From positions 52,700,001 through 52,764,000 of the forward strand of contig CM069145.1 in assembly GCA_035221665.1 (NCBI GenBank): a stretch of DNA of 64,000 bases, read 5' to 3'. The DNA is from Okamejei kenojei. Lineage: Eukaryota. The notes under the pieces are model-generated. The model did no database searches and was not told the DNA's origin. It saw only the letters and a program-made list of their open reading frames with translations. The translations under genes and the position numbers were made by a program. Numbering within the stretch: position 1 is the stretch's first letter; every line of letters starts with the position of its first letter. Below are positions 41,150 to 54,699 of the stretch, piece by piece.

Positions 41150-41570
41150 TTGAATCTTGTTCACACATCATCCATGTACTTGCAGATCTACATCAGCTCC
41201 AGATCATTCTATTCATCAAATTTAAAATGCTCATCCTTGTTTTCTTTGTCCACATCTAATCTTTTCCAAGCTTTTACCCTGTTGAGCTATCTATGCTTTT
41301 CTAACTGGCTTTTCTGTCATCTGTGAACTTAACTATTCCACCAATGGGGGTTAAGCATTCGGCCTCTGAAGTCCTCTGATCTGGAATTCCCTACTTATAC
41401 TTAGTTGCCTTTCTACCTACTTCCTCCTTTTAAAATTTGCATCAGCACCTATCACTTTGGCTAAGCATGTAGTAATCTGCCTTATTATTTCCATGGATGG
41501 CATATGCTAATTATTTTTTGTTAATGTTCATGTGAAGTTCCATGGGTTACTCATTGCATTGAATAGAAAT
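41150..41570 (+). mobile_element. Ancient L2-type LINE 3' remnant
   Basis: CTTGCAGATCTACATCAGCTCC...TTTAAAATGCTCATCCTTGTT (decayed LHWLP...FKILILV) and CTCTGATCTGGAATTCCCT. Confidence 0.45.
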
Positions 41571-42124
41571 TGTCAACGTATAATTCTATTGAAGAGAATA
41601 GGGCTTGTGCGTTTGAATTAGATGGATTTAATTTATTTCCGATTCCTATTTTTCCACAAGGGATTTCTGTAATGGCCCTGAGCATATAAAATAACATCTG
41701 ATTGTAGCTATGTGATTTCTTAAATCATTATTTCAGCAGTTGGTATGGTTCCTTCACCTGTCAATGTGAATTATTTGTTGTGACGGAGGTCCAGAATCCA
41801 AATTGGACCCATGACCCTGGAGCTGGGAGGCGGGCATCATAGACTGCTGCCATTGGAATGGAAACAGTCACTAGATTAGCCATATATGCGACTGGGGGAA
41901 AAGCCAGAACGGGGTACTGATTTTGGATGATCAGACATGATCATATTGAATGGCGGTGCTGGCTTGACGTGCCGAATGGCCTAAGCCTGCACCTATTTTC
42001 TATGTTTCTATGTCAAGATAACGGTGGGGCATCACCAGTGTATTACCCTTTTTAACTAAAAGTTAAAATTTTCTGTGTCTAGCAGTGGATGGAGTAATTA
42101 AATAATTAATTCATTAATTGGCAA

Positions 42125-42382
42125 ATGTGGCGGCACAGTGGCATAGCATTGGCAGCGCTGGAGACACGCATTTGATCCCGACTACGGGTGCTGTCTGTAC
42201 GGAGTTTGTACATTCTCCCCGTTACCGTATGTGTTTTTTCCGAGATCTTCGATTTCCTCCCACACTCCAAAGACGTGCAGGTTTATAGATTAATTGGGCT
42301 TGGTATAAGTGTAAATTGTCCCTAGTGTGTAGGATAGTGTTAGTCTGTGGATCGTCGCGCTGTATCTCTAAACTAAACTAAA
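42125..42382 (+). mobile_element. V-SINE (HE1-like tRNA-derived SINE)
   Basis: GGCGGCACAGTGGC head, ACTACGGGTGCTGTCTGTACGGAGTTTGTAC core, (TAAAC)n tail. Confidence 0.8.
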
Positions 42383-43739
42383 ACAAAGGAGGAAAATCTT
42401 CCTGAACAAGTTGTCTTGGTTTATTCTGGTTATGCTTTCCTGCCGGGTTGCCCAGCCGGTAGCTAATCAGCACGGACTGCTCAATGCGGGGCTTTCTGAG
42501 CATAGGTGTCCGATTTCAGCTTTTCTTTCGAGGTAGACTGAGGCCATTCACACTATTGTGTTTATAATAACCCACACTCTTGCCAGTTTTTCCTACAATC
42601 TAACACAGGTTTGCACCTCAGTTTCAAAGCCGGAGCATTTCACCTTTTTTCAATAAGATGTAAGAGCATTAATGTTATGCCCAGCGTACTGTCCTTCGAC
42701 AGCTGTTCAGTGGACACTTTGTACTCCTTAGCTTTGACGTAGCCAGGGAGTCCAGCAATGAAGATGGCAGCTTGGCCCTGGTGGTGTAAGAGAGACAGGA
42801 TGAACTTGAATGTCATTTGTACCTTTTTTCTTAGACTCCCACCTGTGTTACTGTGAACATGTGAATCATTCCTTCACTTCCTGCTCGGATGGACTAGGAT
42901 GCAGTCACAAATAGTGGGCCAGTTACGATAATCACTGCTCACATTTAAAGGCTTGTGATATCACGAGATGGGCGTTTGTGACTACATGCAATTATCCGCA
43001 GTCACCATCTCTTGCCTTGGCCCAGGAGAGGATGCAGGAAGTGGTTTGCTCATGTTTGGCCCTTTCCTGTTTCTGGCCAGAAGGCATTGATATACATCCC
43101 ATCAATCAGCCAGGAGAATGAATGATGTTGATACTGCAGCTAGAGGAGGCATTTGCCAATAATAAGGCTGGGAGATTTCACTTGAACATGAATTCTCAGT
43201 GGAGCTCAGTATTCCTATGGAGGCCCAGTGTTTAACTGGCTGGGAGATGGGTCACCAGTGCCAACTCATGATATGAAAAGCTTGTCAGTGAGAGTAGTAA
43301 TTACTGTAGATAGACACAAAATGCTGGAGTAACTCAATAAGACAGGCAGTATCTCTGGAGAGACGGACTGGGTGACGTTTCGGATCGAGACCCCTCTTCA
43401 GACCCAAAATAACCAGCATCTGAAGTTCTTTCTTACACGTACCGCTGGGTTGTAAGCTACCCAAGCGAAATATGAGATGCTGTTCTTCCAATTTCCAACA
43501 GTGACTGAAACTGTAACAATAACATTACTGTAACTGGCCCACTGCACATTCCCAGCCTATAGTAGGACACTTGATCCCAGCCAGTAGCAGTACTTGCATG
43601 CGCACGCACTCCCGGGCACACTGACTGCCAGCCACCCTGTTCATTCTACACTGGTATCCATATCGTTATACTTAACGTCCATTAATTCCAGTGTACTTAC
43701 AATTCTTTTCGATCTCTGTAACCTTTCATTAGGAAATGT

Positions 43740-45355
43740 CAGGAGGAAGTACTGACACTTTTGAAAAATATAAAAGTGGATAAGTCTCCAGGTCCTGACA
43801 GGATATTCCCTAGGACATTGAGGGAAGTTAGTGTAGAAGTAGCAGGAGCTATGACAGAAATATTTCAAATGTCATTAGAAACGGGAATAGTGCCGGAGGA
43901 TTGGCGTACTGCGCATGTTGTTCCATTGTTTAAAAAGGGTTCAAAGAATAAACCTAGCAATTATAGACCTATTAGTTTGACGTCAGTGGTGGGCAAATTA
44001 ATGGAAAGGATACTTAGAGATAATATCTATAAGCATCTGGATAAACAGGGTCTGATCAGGAACAGTCAAAATGGATTTGTGCCTGGAAGGTCATGTTTGA
44101 CAAACCTTCTTGAATTTTTTTGAAGCGGTAACTAGGGAAATTGATGAGGGTAAAGCAGTGGATGTTGTCTATATGGATTTCAGTAAGGCCTTTGACAAGG
44201 TTCCCTATGGAATGTTGGTTAAGAAGGTTCAATCTTTGGGTGTTAATGGCGGAGTAGCAAGATGGATTCAACAGTGGCTGAATGGGTGATGTCAGAGAGT
44301 AATGGTGGATGGCTGTTTGTCAGGTTGGAAGCCAGTGACCAGTGGGGTGCCTCGGGGATCTGTGTTGGGTCCACTGTTGTTTGTCATGTACATCAATGAT
44401 CTGGATGATGGGGTGGAAAATTGGATAAGTAAGTATGCAGATGATACTAAGATAGGTGGTGTTGTGGATAATGAAGTAGATTTTCAAAGTCTACAGAGAG
44501 ATTTGGGCATTTGGAAAAGTGGGCTGCAAGATGGCAGATGGAGTTTAATGCTGTTAAGTGTGAAGTGCTACATCTTGGCAGGACAAATCAAAATAGGACG
44601 TACATGGTAAATGGTAGGGAATTGAGGAATGCTGCGGAACAGAGGGATCTAGGAATAACTGTGCATAGTTCCCTGAAGGTGGAATCGCATGTAGATAGGG
44701 TGGTAAAGAAAGCCTTTGGTGTGCTGGCCTTTATAAATCAGAGCATTCAATATAGGAGTAGGGAAGTAATGTTAAAATAGTACAAGGCATTGGTAAGACC
44801 AATTCTGGAGTATGGTGTACAATTTTTGGTCGCCTAATTATAGGAAGGATGTCAACAAAATAGGGAGAGTACAGAGGAGATTTACTAGAATGTTGCCAGG
44901 GTTCCAGCAACTATGTTACAGAGAAAGGTTGAACAAGTTAGGTCTTTATTCTTTGGAGCGCAGAAGGTTAAGGGGGGACTTGATTGAGGTCTTTAAAATG
45001 ATGAAAGGGATAGACAGAGTTGACGTGGATACGTTTTTTCCCATTGAGGGTAGGGAAGATTCAAACAAGAGGGCATGACATGAGAATTAAGGGACAGAAG
45101 TTTAGGGGTAACATGAGGGGGAACTTCTTTACTCGGAGGGTGGTGGCTGTGTGGAATGAGCTTCCAGCAGAAGTGGTGGAGGCAGGATCGATTTTAACAT
45201 TTAAAAGTAAAGTGGATAGGTATATGGACGTGAAGGGAATGGAGGGGTATGGTCTGAGTGCAGGTAGATGGGACTAGGGGAAAACAAATGGTCGGCACGG
45301 ACTGGAAGGGCCGAGAGGGCCTGTTTCCGTGCTGTAATTGTTATATGGTTATATG
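43740..45355 (+). mobile_element. CR1 LINE, 5'-truncated, RT domain with frameshifts
   Basis: KSPGPD, NYRPISLTS, GRSCLTNLL, SGVPRGSVLGP, YADD and the C-terminal CR1 motif; tail TTATATGG repeats. Confidence 0.92.
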
Positions 45356-45577
45356 AAATGCCAGTTTGAGAATCGTTTACATACTGCATCTGTATCTTTT
45401 TGATCTGTGGTAATTTTCCCATCTTTCCTCACATCTTAAAGATTTTGTTTCTGCATCTTTCAAGTGCCTTTCCAAACAATTGTCTGATCTTCCAATATAT
45501 GAACCATTCTTTTATCCCCTCAGGTGTTCAAAATTATGTCTTAAGAACCAAGAAGCTCTTCAATTTTAGGTTTCTAA

Positions 45578-45807
45578 AGGACCAGTCCCACTTGGAGATT
45601 TCTTTTGGCGACGGCTGGCATCATATCAGTGTTGCCAAAAGATTTTGAACATTTCAAATTCCAGCGGTGACATAAAAAAATGTTGCGACATTTGAAAAAA
45701 CACCGCTTGTCAATACGTCATCACGCCGCAAATTTGTTCGGCGACCCTGATACGCCAATCAATGATGCCGGCAGTCGCTGAAAAAATCGCCAAGTGGGAC
45801 AGGCCCT
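45578..45807. mobile_element. PIF/Harbinger-type MITE
   Basis: TAA TSD (45575-45577 and 45808-45810); imperfect TIRs AGGACCAGTCCCACTTGG / CCAAGTGGGACAGGCCCT. Confidence 0.75.
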
Positions 45808-47094
45808 TAATACTTAAGCTTGTTATACCCCCCCCCCCCCGGTTTTATTTGCTAAGCCTTTGTGATGACCTGCACAATAGGACTTAGTTTAACATTTCAA
45901 AGGCAAATCAAATCATGGAATTGACTAAAACTTTATTCAGTTAATAGCGCAGCATTGTAGATATCATTCCTCTAAAGTTTTTACCTTAAAATGAAAGTTT
46001 TGGTCTTATATGAATTGCTGATTTATAACCAAATAGTCACATTTTGTTCATAACATCCTAAATTGTAAAATTAAGATCATAATAAATGGTGCACTTTTTT
46101 TTCCCATGTTCGCTGAAGATTTAGTTCTGATACTATTGGTTCTAATACTATTCGTTCTGTTGAATGAAGGTAGTTACTGCTTCTGTAAGTTGTTGGAAAG
46201 ATCAGTTCTATATGTGATAGCGGCACGTTTCCAGATCTCCGAAAGTCACTTGTTCTTTGTGTATGTATATAAAGGAGCAAAATAGCAAATGGAAATTGAA
46301 CATGGGTGCTGCATAAAAATGAGTGGCCTTTACGTGTATACGAATGGGCTGTACTAGGTTTGATCAGCATTTCTGAGAATTGGCAAAGCAAAATAAGGAA
46401 TTGGAGTAGAAGCATAAGGAAATCTTGCTTTAAAAACCTCTTGAATAGGTCATACATGGAACAACATGTCGCAGAGGTTGACACTGAGACACCGTGGGGA
46501 CATTTGTTCTAGTTTCAATGTTGATGAGAGATTAATCCAGGGCGTCGGAGTGATATTTGGCGTTTTAAACGTGTAAAAGATCTGATCAGAATACAATCAG
46601 TAATATTTTCTGTGCATACTAAAAAGGTGGCAGAAGTGTCAAAATGAAATTGGTCAAGTCCATCATTATTGTCAATTTGTAGAAACAAAGAACTGCAGAT
46701 GCTGGTTAATACACAAAAGGACAAACAATGTTGGAGTAACACAGCAGGTCACACAGCATTTCTGAAGGACTTGGATAGGTTATGCTTTGGGTCAAGACTC
46801 CTTTTCAGACTAATTGTGGGGGGGGGGGGAAGGAAGCTAGAAGAGGGATAGGATTTGGATAGGATCTATTCCTTCTACAATGAGTGTAGTCTGCTCCGTT
46901 TTTAAGCAAGTTAACACTTTTTTGTTAATTTGATTATTTTGTACAGTATTCTGCATCTTCCTGTTTCTCATCTTTCTGAAAAATGTCACTGAACATTTAC
47001 TGCATTGGAAACAGTAATGGTCTTGCAGCAGGGAAATAATTATTCTGCCTGAGACCTTTTATTTTGAGCCATTTAACTCATTTAGAACTTCAAC

Positions 47095-47590
47095 TAGTAA
47101 AATTTATTGTTGCGTGTACCGAAGAACAGTGAAAAGCATTTGTCGTGTGCTAACCAGCCAGTGGAAATACTATATATGATTACAAGCAAGCCATCCCACA
47201 TGATAAAGGGAATAATATTTAGTGCAAGGTAAAGTCTGGTCAAAGATAGTCCTGGGGTCTTCAATGAGGTAGATAGTGGCTCAGGACCACTCTCTAGTAT
47301 GTAGGAAGGAACTGCAGATGCTGGTTTACACCGAAGACCACTCTCAAGTAGTTGATAGGATGGTTCGCTTGCCTGATAAACAGCTGAGAAGACACTGTCC
47401 CTAAATCTGGAGGTGTGCGATTTCCCACTTCTATACCTCTAGCCCGATGGGAGACCGGAAAAGAGGGGTGACTGGGGTGAGACTCATCCTTGTCTCACCT
47501 TGCTGAGGAAGCATGGAGTGTAAATGGAGTCAATGGAAGGGTGGTTGGTTGGTGTGGTGGTCTGGGCTGTGTCAATAATTCTCTGAAATA
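47095..47590 (-). mobile_element. Rex1/Babar-like LINE 3' fragment (related pieces at ~2155-2300 and ~58985-59300)
   Basis: CCTGATAAACAGCTGAGAAG...CCCGATGGGAGA corresponds to the minus-strand PSGxRY...SFFPxxIR C-terminus; 3'UTR shared between copies. Confidence 0.55.
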
Positions 47591-50382
47591 TCTTTGTCTC
47601 TTAAAGATTGGTTACTTAGAGTGACATTGTCAAAGCAACATGAACTTAAATGGGAAACTTTTAAGATTTTTGTTTGGAAAGTCTTTCTACGCAAATGAAT
47701 GTCATAGAAATATATATGTATTTAAAATAATGCAGTGCTGGAGGAACTCAGCGGGTCAGGTAGCATCTTGGGAGGGAATGGACAGGAGATGTTGAAACAT
47801 TGTTGGTCCATTCCTTCCACAGATACTGACTGAATGAAAGATTTCTTCCAGCATTTTGTTTTTCCCAAGATTTTAGTGTCCATAGTCTCTTGCCTCCAAT
47901 ATTTTAAAATAGCTGTTTGAGACATTTTGGGTCTAGACCCATGTGGCTTATCCTTTTCAAACCGGATGGTGAACATTTATTACAAGCCAAAGTGTGCTTT
48001 TGGCTAACTTGATTGCTTTATCCTTGATTTTTTTTGGTTTAGTAAGATTTGTAGAAGTATAAAGTTTGTATCTTTATTTTACTGGTATCTTTTCTAAGGA
48101 ATTTAGGGCAGTGTAACAAAATGCAATTTCTTTATCTTTTTAATTATTTGTGATTGGAAATGGATTGCTTGTACCATGCTGTGGCAGATATTTAAATGAA
48201 ATGCTCTTTTAAAGACATTCCTTTGTTTTAAATACTGGAAATTTAGATGTATGTACATAGTGAAATGTCTGAGAAAGTAGTTGTGCTGTCATTTGAAACG
48301 AGAGCCTTTGGTAGCAGCATTCCCAACAAGTAGAGTTGGTAAGCAACTTTACCCACTTGTATTTGAGGAGAAATGTGTCTCATGGCCCCGCAGCCATAAA
48401 TGAACAAGAAAGCGGAACAGACCCATTAAGAAACAATATGTTTGATTAATCTGCAGTCCCACATCTAACAGGATTCAGAAATACAACAGCAGTTTTTAAA
48501 AAATTAAAAAAAAATCAATTTATTGTGCTCCCTTTATATTGGTGGGATTTTGATCATTGGAGGGTGCATGATATTTTGAATGTTAATTTTCTGAAATCAT
48601 ATAAAAATAGTTAACTAGGACATAACTGTTCTGGATATGTTTTGCCAAGTCAGATTTCTGTTATTTGAGTCGGGTCATTTAACGTAGAAGATTAGTATGA
48701 AAAATATTCTGATTTTATCGTCTGTGTTTATCTGTGTTCGCAAGCTATTTTGATTGGGTAGTGTTCTAATCCATATTCTTGGTCGTAAAACATTCTGTCA
48801 ATTTGATTCTAAATTGACTTAACAAATAGAAATAAAAGTTATTTTCGAAAATTCTATTTTGTTTTGTCTGTTCTATTTGTGGCAAATGTATCTTTCGACA
48901 CTTATTCTGCCATTTCAATCATTGTTGCGTTAAATAGGGTCCGGATTTGTTTGCTAATAGTGAACTACTTTGGACAAAGAGTTCCTTGTGTTAATATTTT
49001 GGTACATTTGTGCCAAGACAACAAAGTATTTCTGTAGATTATAAAAGTTAATTGAAGTTGTCAAAACTAGCTGAATGTGTACTATTTCTGATGATCATTA
49101 CTCTTGTGTCACCAAGTAATGAAATATATTTTGAGAAAGGGTTTTGTTTTAAGCGCATTAAGCAACTTTAAGCTGTCAAAGCACATTGTGTAAAATTCTC
49201 CAAAAGTTCCTTTTCCAGGGATGTTGTATTTAATTTAATTTGTAATCCAGAGCATTTATTTTATGACTGATTGCAGTACCATATTGTCCAAAATTATTCC
49301 TCTTTAAGACATACAACTACAATTTTTTTTTTTAATGCATGTGAATAATTTAGAAATTTCTTGTTTTCTGTATAACTCATATCTGGCTTTCTGCAAAACA
49401 TTCTGCTTAAGTTATTGAAACCGATTTAGTAAGCACATTTTTGAAGTAGAGGTTACAGTTACTCCAATCATGGGACAGCTTCTGTATTGTTCATGTCGCT
49501 AAATATTAGGTTGCCTGACTGGGTACCAGCAGCTACGTGAGAATTTCAATTCTCTGAGGTAGCAATGCAACAGAAATGACTATTTCATCTTATTTTGCTT
49601 AGATGGGGAAATAATTTTAGACTAGAGCCTACTAGTTGTTAACATCCTCCTTTGAGATTTATCAGATTAATATTAAAGAGATCTATATTTGTTTGAGTAA
49701 GCTTTGTTTGGACATTATTAGCAGTTTAGTTTTTGATTTTAAATTTGTAAACTTAATTATTTGGCAATTAATCTTCCATGTATGAGTTTTCCCAAACCAC
49801 TATATTTGCATATCTCCAGTTGAAGATCTGAAGTTTTATCTGCCGCTGTTGTATCTGGTCTGAGAGGCATTGCTTTGAGAGAAGAGAAGCTTCGTGTTCA
49901 TGGTATAAACGTGACGTGAAAATGTTGGTACTTAAAGAGCAGAAAAGTGAATTAAACAATAGGGAAGCTCATTACTCAGTGCACATCTTTAATAGATGCC
50001 TGGAGCAACTTGCATTCTGTCTGTACATTGTGTTGTGCTTGCTTGGTGTGGTGAGCTCAAGCTAGGTTACATACCTACATCACCACAATGCAACCACTTT
50101 AATGGATTCAGTTGAAAAGTGCAACGTATTCATCCCCCCCCCCCCCCCCAAATAGTTTCCATTTAATGTGCATTTGGTTGAGATCTGAAGATGAAGCCAC
50201 ATTGAGATTTTGACAGTGGAGATCTGATACAAAGTTTGAAAAAAAAAATCTGTATTCATTGTATTTCCAATGTATTTGGGTTTTTTTTTTCATGATTTAG
50301 CAAACACTGTTTTGTTTGCTGTTAAGGGATGTGGCAAATTAATGCTCTTAATCTCAATATCAGAAGCATAATTTTGTTTTCA

Positions 50383-51363
50383 ATATTAATGATCTGGATG
50401 AGGGAATTGAAGGCAATATCTCCAAGTTTGCGGATGACACTAAGCTGGGGGCAGTGTTCGCTGTGAGGAGGATGCTAGGAGACTGCAAGGTGACTTGGAT
50501 AGGCTGGGTGAGTGGGCAAATGTTTGGCAGATGCAGTATAATGTGGATAAATGTGAGGTTATCCACTTTGGTGGCAAAAACAGGAAAGCAGAATATTATT
50601 TAAATGGTGGCCGATTAGGAAAAGGGAGATGCAGCGAGACCTGGGTGTCATGGTACACCAGTCATTGAAAGTAGGCATGCAGGTGCAGCAGGCAGTGAAA
50701 AAAGCGAATGGTATGTTAGCTTTCATAGCAAAAGGATTTGAGTACAGGAGCAGGGAGGTTCTACTTCAGTTGTACAGGGTCTTGGTGAGACCACACCTGG
50801 AGTATTGCGTGCAGTTTTGGTCTCCAAATCTGAGGAAGGACATTATTGCCATAGAGGGAGTGCAGAGAAGGTTCACCAGACTGATTCCTGGGATGTCAGG
50901 ACTGTCTTATGAAGAAAGACTGGATAGACTTGGTTTATACTCTCTGGAATTTAGGAGATTAAGAGGGGATCTTATAGAAACTTACAAAATTCTTAAGGGG
51001 TTGGACAGGCTAGATGCAGGAAGATTGTTCCCGATGTTGGGGAAGTCCAGGACAAGGGGTCACAGCTTAAGGATAAGGGGGAAATCCTTTAAGACCGAGA
51101 TGAGAAAGACTTTCTTCACACAGAGAGTGGTGAGTCTCTGGAATTCTCTGCCACAGAGGGTAGTTGAGGCCAGTTCATTGGCTATATTTAAGAGTGAGTT
51201 GGATGTGGCCCTTGTGGCTAAGGGGATCAGAGGGTATGGAGAGAAGGCAGGTACGGGATACTGAGTTGGATGATCAGCCATGATCATATTGAATGGCGGT
51301 GCAGGCTCGAAGGGCTGAATGGCCTACTCCTGCACCTAATTTCTATGTTTCTATGTTTCTATG
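50383..51363 (+). mobile_element. Young CR1 LINE 3' portion
   Basis: SKFADDTKL, 211-aa ORF 50629-51264 ([23 protein letters not shown]), (TTTCTATG)n tail. Confidence 0.92.
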
Positions 51364-53095
51364 TAGTGGTTTTGAAAATACAAGTACAATTATAATTATG
51401 TTGCTCACAATGATAAACAAATGAGAAAGTGCACCAAACCGAACTGAAGAGTTTCTCTACAACCATTGCTTAGAAGACCAGGAAGCATTGATATGTTCAA
51501 ATTATTAGTCCAGTCTGTCAGTGCTCATTGTTTGATGTAAATTACACTTCTCTGTTCACATCAGTATTGTTTCAATCTTTTACTTAAGTGCAAAATAGAT
51601 GAGAGCAAACAAGGGTCAGTGGTTCCAATAATAGGAATCCGCCTTACAAAACATGAATAAGTTTTGGCAGTGAAACATGTGTATGTGAATTTCTATGGTG
51701 GATCTAACTATATCTGTGCTGCACCACTGTGACCATACGGAGATCTGAGTAGTATTACATTTTGGAAGTAGAAGGTAGCTGACTTTGTTGCAATTTAGTC
51801 TATGTAAATCTCTGTGTTCTGTAGATAATTAAATGGTAGATCACAGATGATGGATGATTACTTTGTGTGCTCATTTAATGAGGGTTCAATTTCAATTATA
51901 AGATTACAGTGAGGCAAGCAGATGTTGCCAATTTTTTTTTCCATCTGATGAAACAGCCATTCTGTGTGGCATCGTGTATATTCACACTGGTATGCAAAAT
52001 TGTCCTCTTCTGCATTGGGTTGTAATATACTTGTACAATTAATTAAAATCTATTTGGGTGCAGTCTGAAGAGTCGTATCCTTGAAGCAAGTGAGACCTTT
52101 TGGAACCAGTGGCTCAGTCAGTTTGGTGACGAAAAATTAAAACTGCAACAGATTTACTTGCAACTGCTGAATGAGTTAAGTTGTACGTGATCCAGGAAAC
52201 TGTTGATGATCAGCACAGCAGCTTTGTTCATATATGGCAATGCAGGGATAGAGCAGTCCCAAACCTGGTGGACGACTTTATTGCGTTGAGAACCAGGTTC
52301 ACAAGTGGAACCATTTCCGAGGGCCATGCACATGAAGGCAATGTTATTTTAACCATTTGTAAGCTGATACTAATTTCAAGGGACCCGACTGTTGGAATTA
52401 GCAATTCATCTTCAGATTGCTATCAAAGAAGAAAAAAATGTTTATTTTAAATGCAGTATCTTTGTGTGCTTTGTCATATAATTTGTTTGAACTTCTGTTT
52501 TAAAACCCTTACCAGTGGTTGGCAATAACCCAAATAGTCTCCCATGTTGTGGTTTTCACAAGTTGCATGCAGGTTTTCTGATTTTTGATGGAGATTACCA
52601 GTGTCAAAGATGACCAAATATGCATAGGCGACCACTCTAGTTCACCCAAATAAAACAAGATGACTTATCCCAGCAGTGGTGATGTTCCCTCCAGTGGACA
52701 AGCTTTCTGTCTAGTCCTTCTGGCCATATCTGGGGTTGCAACTGAACTAGTGAGAAACAACTGGCAGGTCAAACGTTTGCCTGTGGGTTATTATAAGTCA
52801 CCACACCGAGAACAGACCTTTTTCATGCACATTCTGCATGCAGTGCAGTGGGATGCTTCTTATGTATGGTCGAATAAATGTTTATAGGTTCTTTGCAGTG
52901 GTCATGAGTGATAGGAGTAGAATTTGGCCATTCGGCCCATCGAGTCTACTCCGCCATTCAATCATGGCTGATCTATCTCTCCCTCTTAACATCATGTGGT
53001 TCTAGATTTTGAGTATGTTGAGTGCAAGACTCAGCTTTGGGATGCTTAGTGAATGAGTCGGTGACTGTTTTGGAGCTCGGCTTTAAACAAGTTTA

Positions 53096-54699
53096 CAGTG
53101 GCTTGCAAAAGTATTCGTACCCATTGAAAATTTCCACATTTTGTCACGTTACAATCACAAACATAAATGTATTTTATTGGGATTTTATGTGATAGACCAA
53201 CACAAAGTGGTGCATAATTGTGAAGTGGAAGGAAAATGATACATAGTTTCCAAATTTTATTACAAATAAAAAACTGAAAAGTGTGGTGTGCAAAAGTATT
53301 CAGCCCCGCTGAGTCAATACTTTGTAGAACCACCTTTCGCTGCAATTACAGCTGTAAGTCTCTTGGGGTATGTCTCTACCAGCTTTGCACATCTAGAGAT
53401 TGAAATTTTTGCACATTCTTCTTTGCAAAATAGCTCAAGCTCAGTCAGATTGGATGGAGAGCATCTGTGAACAGCAATTTTCAAGTCTTGCCAGAGATTC
53501 TCAATTGGATTTAGGTCTGAACTTTGACTGGGCCATTCTAACACATGGATATGCTTTGATCTAAACCATTCCATTGTAGCTCTGGCTGTATGTTTAGGGT
53601 TGTTGTCTTGCTGGAAGGTGAACCTCCGCCCCAGTCTCAAGTCTTTTGCAGACTCTAACAGGTTTTCTTCCAAGATTGCCCTGTATTTGGCTCCGTCCAT
53701 CTTCCCATCAACTCTGACCAGCTTCCCTGTCCCTGCTGAAGAAAAGCATCCCCACAGCATGATGCTGCCACCACCATGTTTCACAGTGGGGATGGTGTGT
53801 TCAGGGTGATGTGTAGTGTTAGTTTTCCGCCAGACGTAGCGTTTTGCATTTAGGCCAAAAACTTCATTTTTGGTCTCATCAGACCAGAGCACCTTCCTCC
53901 ACATGGCTTGTGGCAAACTGCAAACGGGACTTCTTATGTCTTTGTTTCAACAATGACTTTCTTCTTGCCACTCTTCCATAAAGGCACGATTTGTGGAGTG
54001 CACGACTAATAGTTGTCCTGTGGACAGATTCTCCCACCTGAGCAGTGGATCTCTGCAGCTCCTCTAGAGTGACCATGGGCCTCTTGGCTGCTTCTCTGAT
54101 CAATGCTCTCCTTGCCCGGCCTGTCAGTTTAGGTGGACGGCCATGTCTTGGTAGGTTTGCAGTTGTGCCATATTCTTTGCATTTTCGGATGATGGATTGA
54201 ACAGTGCTCCGTGAGATGTTCAAAGCTTGGGGTATTTTTTTATAACTTAACCCTGCTTTAAACTTATCCACAACTTTATCCCTGACCTATCTGGTGTGTT
54301 CCTTGGGCTTCATGATGCCCAAGGAACTTTGTTTGTTTACTAATGTTCTCTAACAAACCTCTGAGGCCTTCACAGAACAGCTGTATTTATACTGAGATTG
54401 GATTACACACAAGTGGACTCTATTTACTAATTAGGTGACTTCTGAAGGCAATTGGTTGCACTGGATTTTATTTAGGGGTTTCAGAGTAAAGGGGGCTGAT
54501 TACTTTTGCACGCCACACTTTTCAGTTTTTTGTAAGAAAAGTTGAAAACCATGTATCATTTTCCTTCCACTTCACAATTATGCGCCACTTTGTGTTGGTC
54601 AATCACATAGAATCCCAATAAAATACATTTACGTTTGTGGTTGTAACGTGACAGAATGTGGACAAGTTCCAGGGGTATGAATACTTTTGCAAGCCACTG
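53096..54699 (-). mobile_element. Full-length Tc1-like (DD34E, Passport-like) DNA transposon
   Basis: TA TSD at 53094-53095 and 54700-54701; ~210-bp IR/DR-type TIRs beginning CAGTGGCTTGCAAAAGTATTC; length 1604 bp. Confidence 0.95.
53314..54313 (-). pseudogene. Tc1 transposase pseudogene
   Basis: MKPKEHTR*VRDKVV (TAG at codon 9, 54287-54289), GRPPKL, frameshifting deletion near 53900, WSDE...QQDN-(34)-NPIE, ends AKGGSTKY. Confidence 0.93.
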
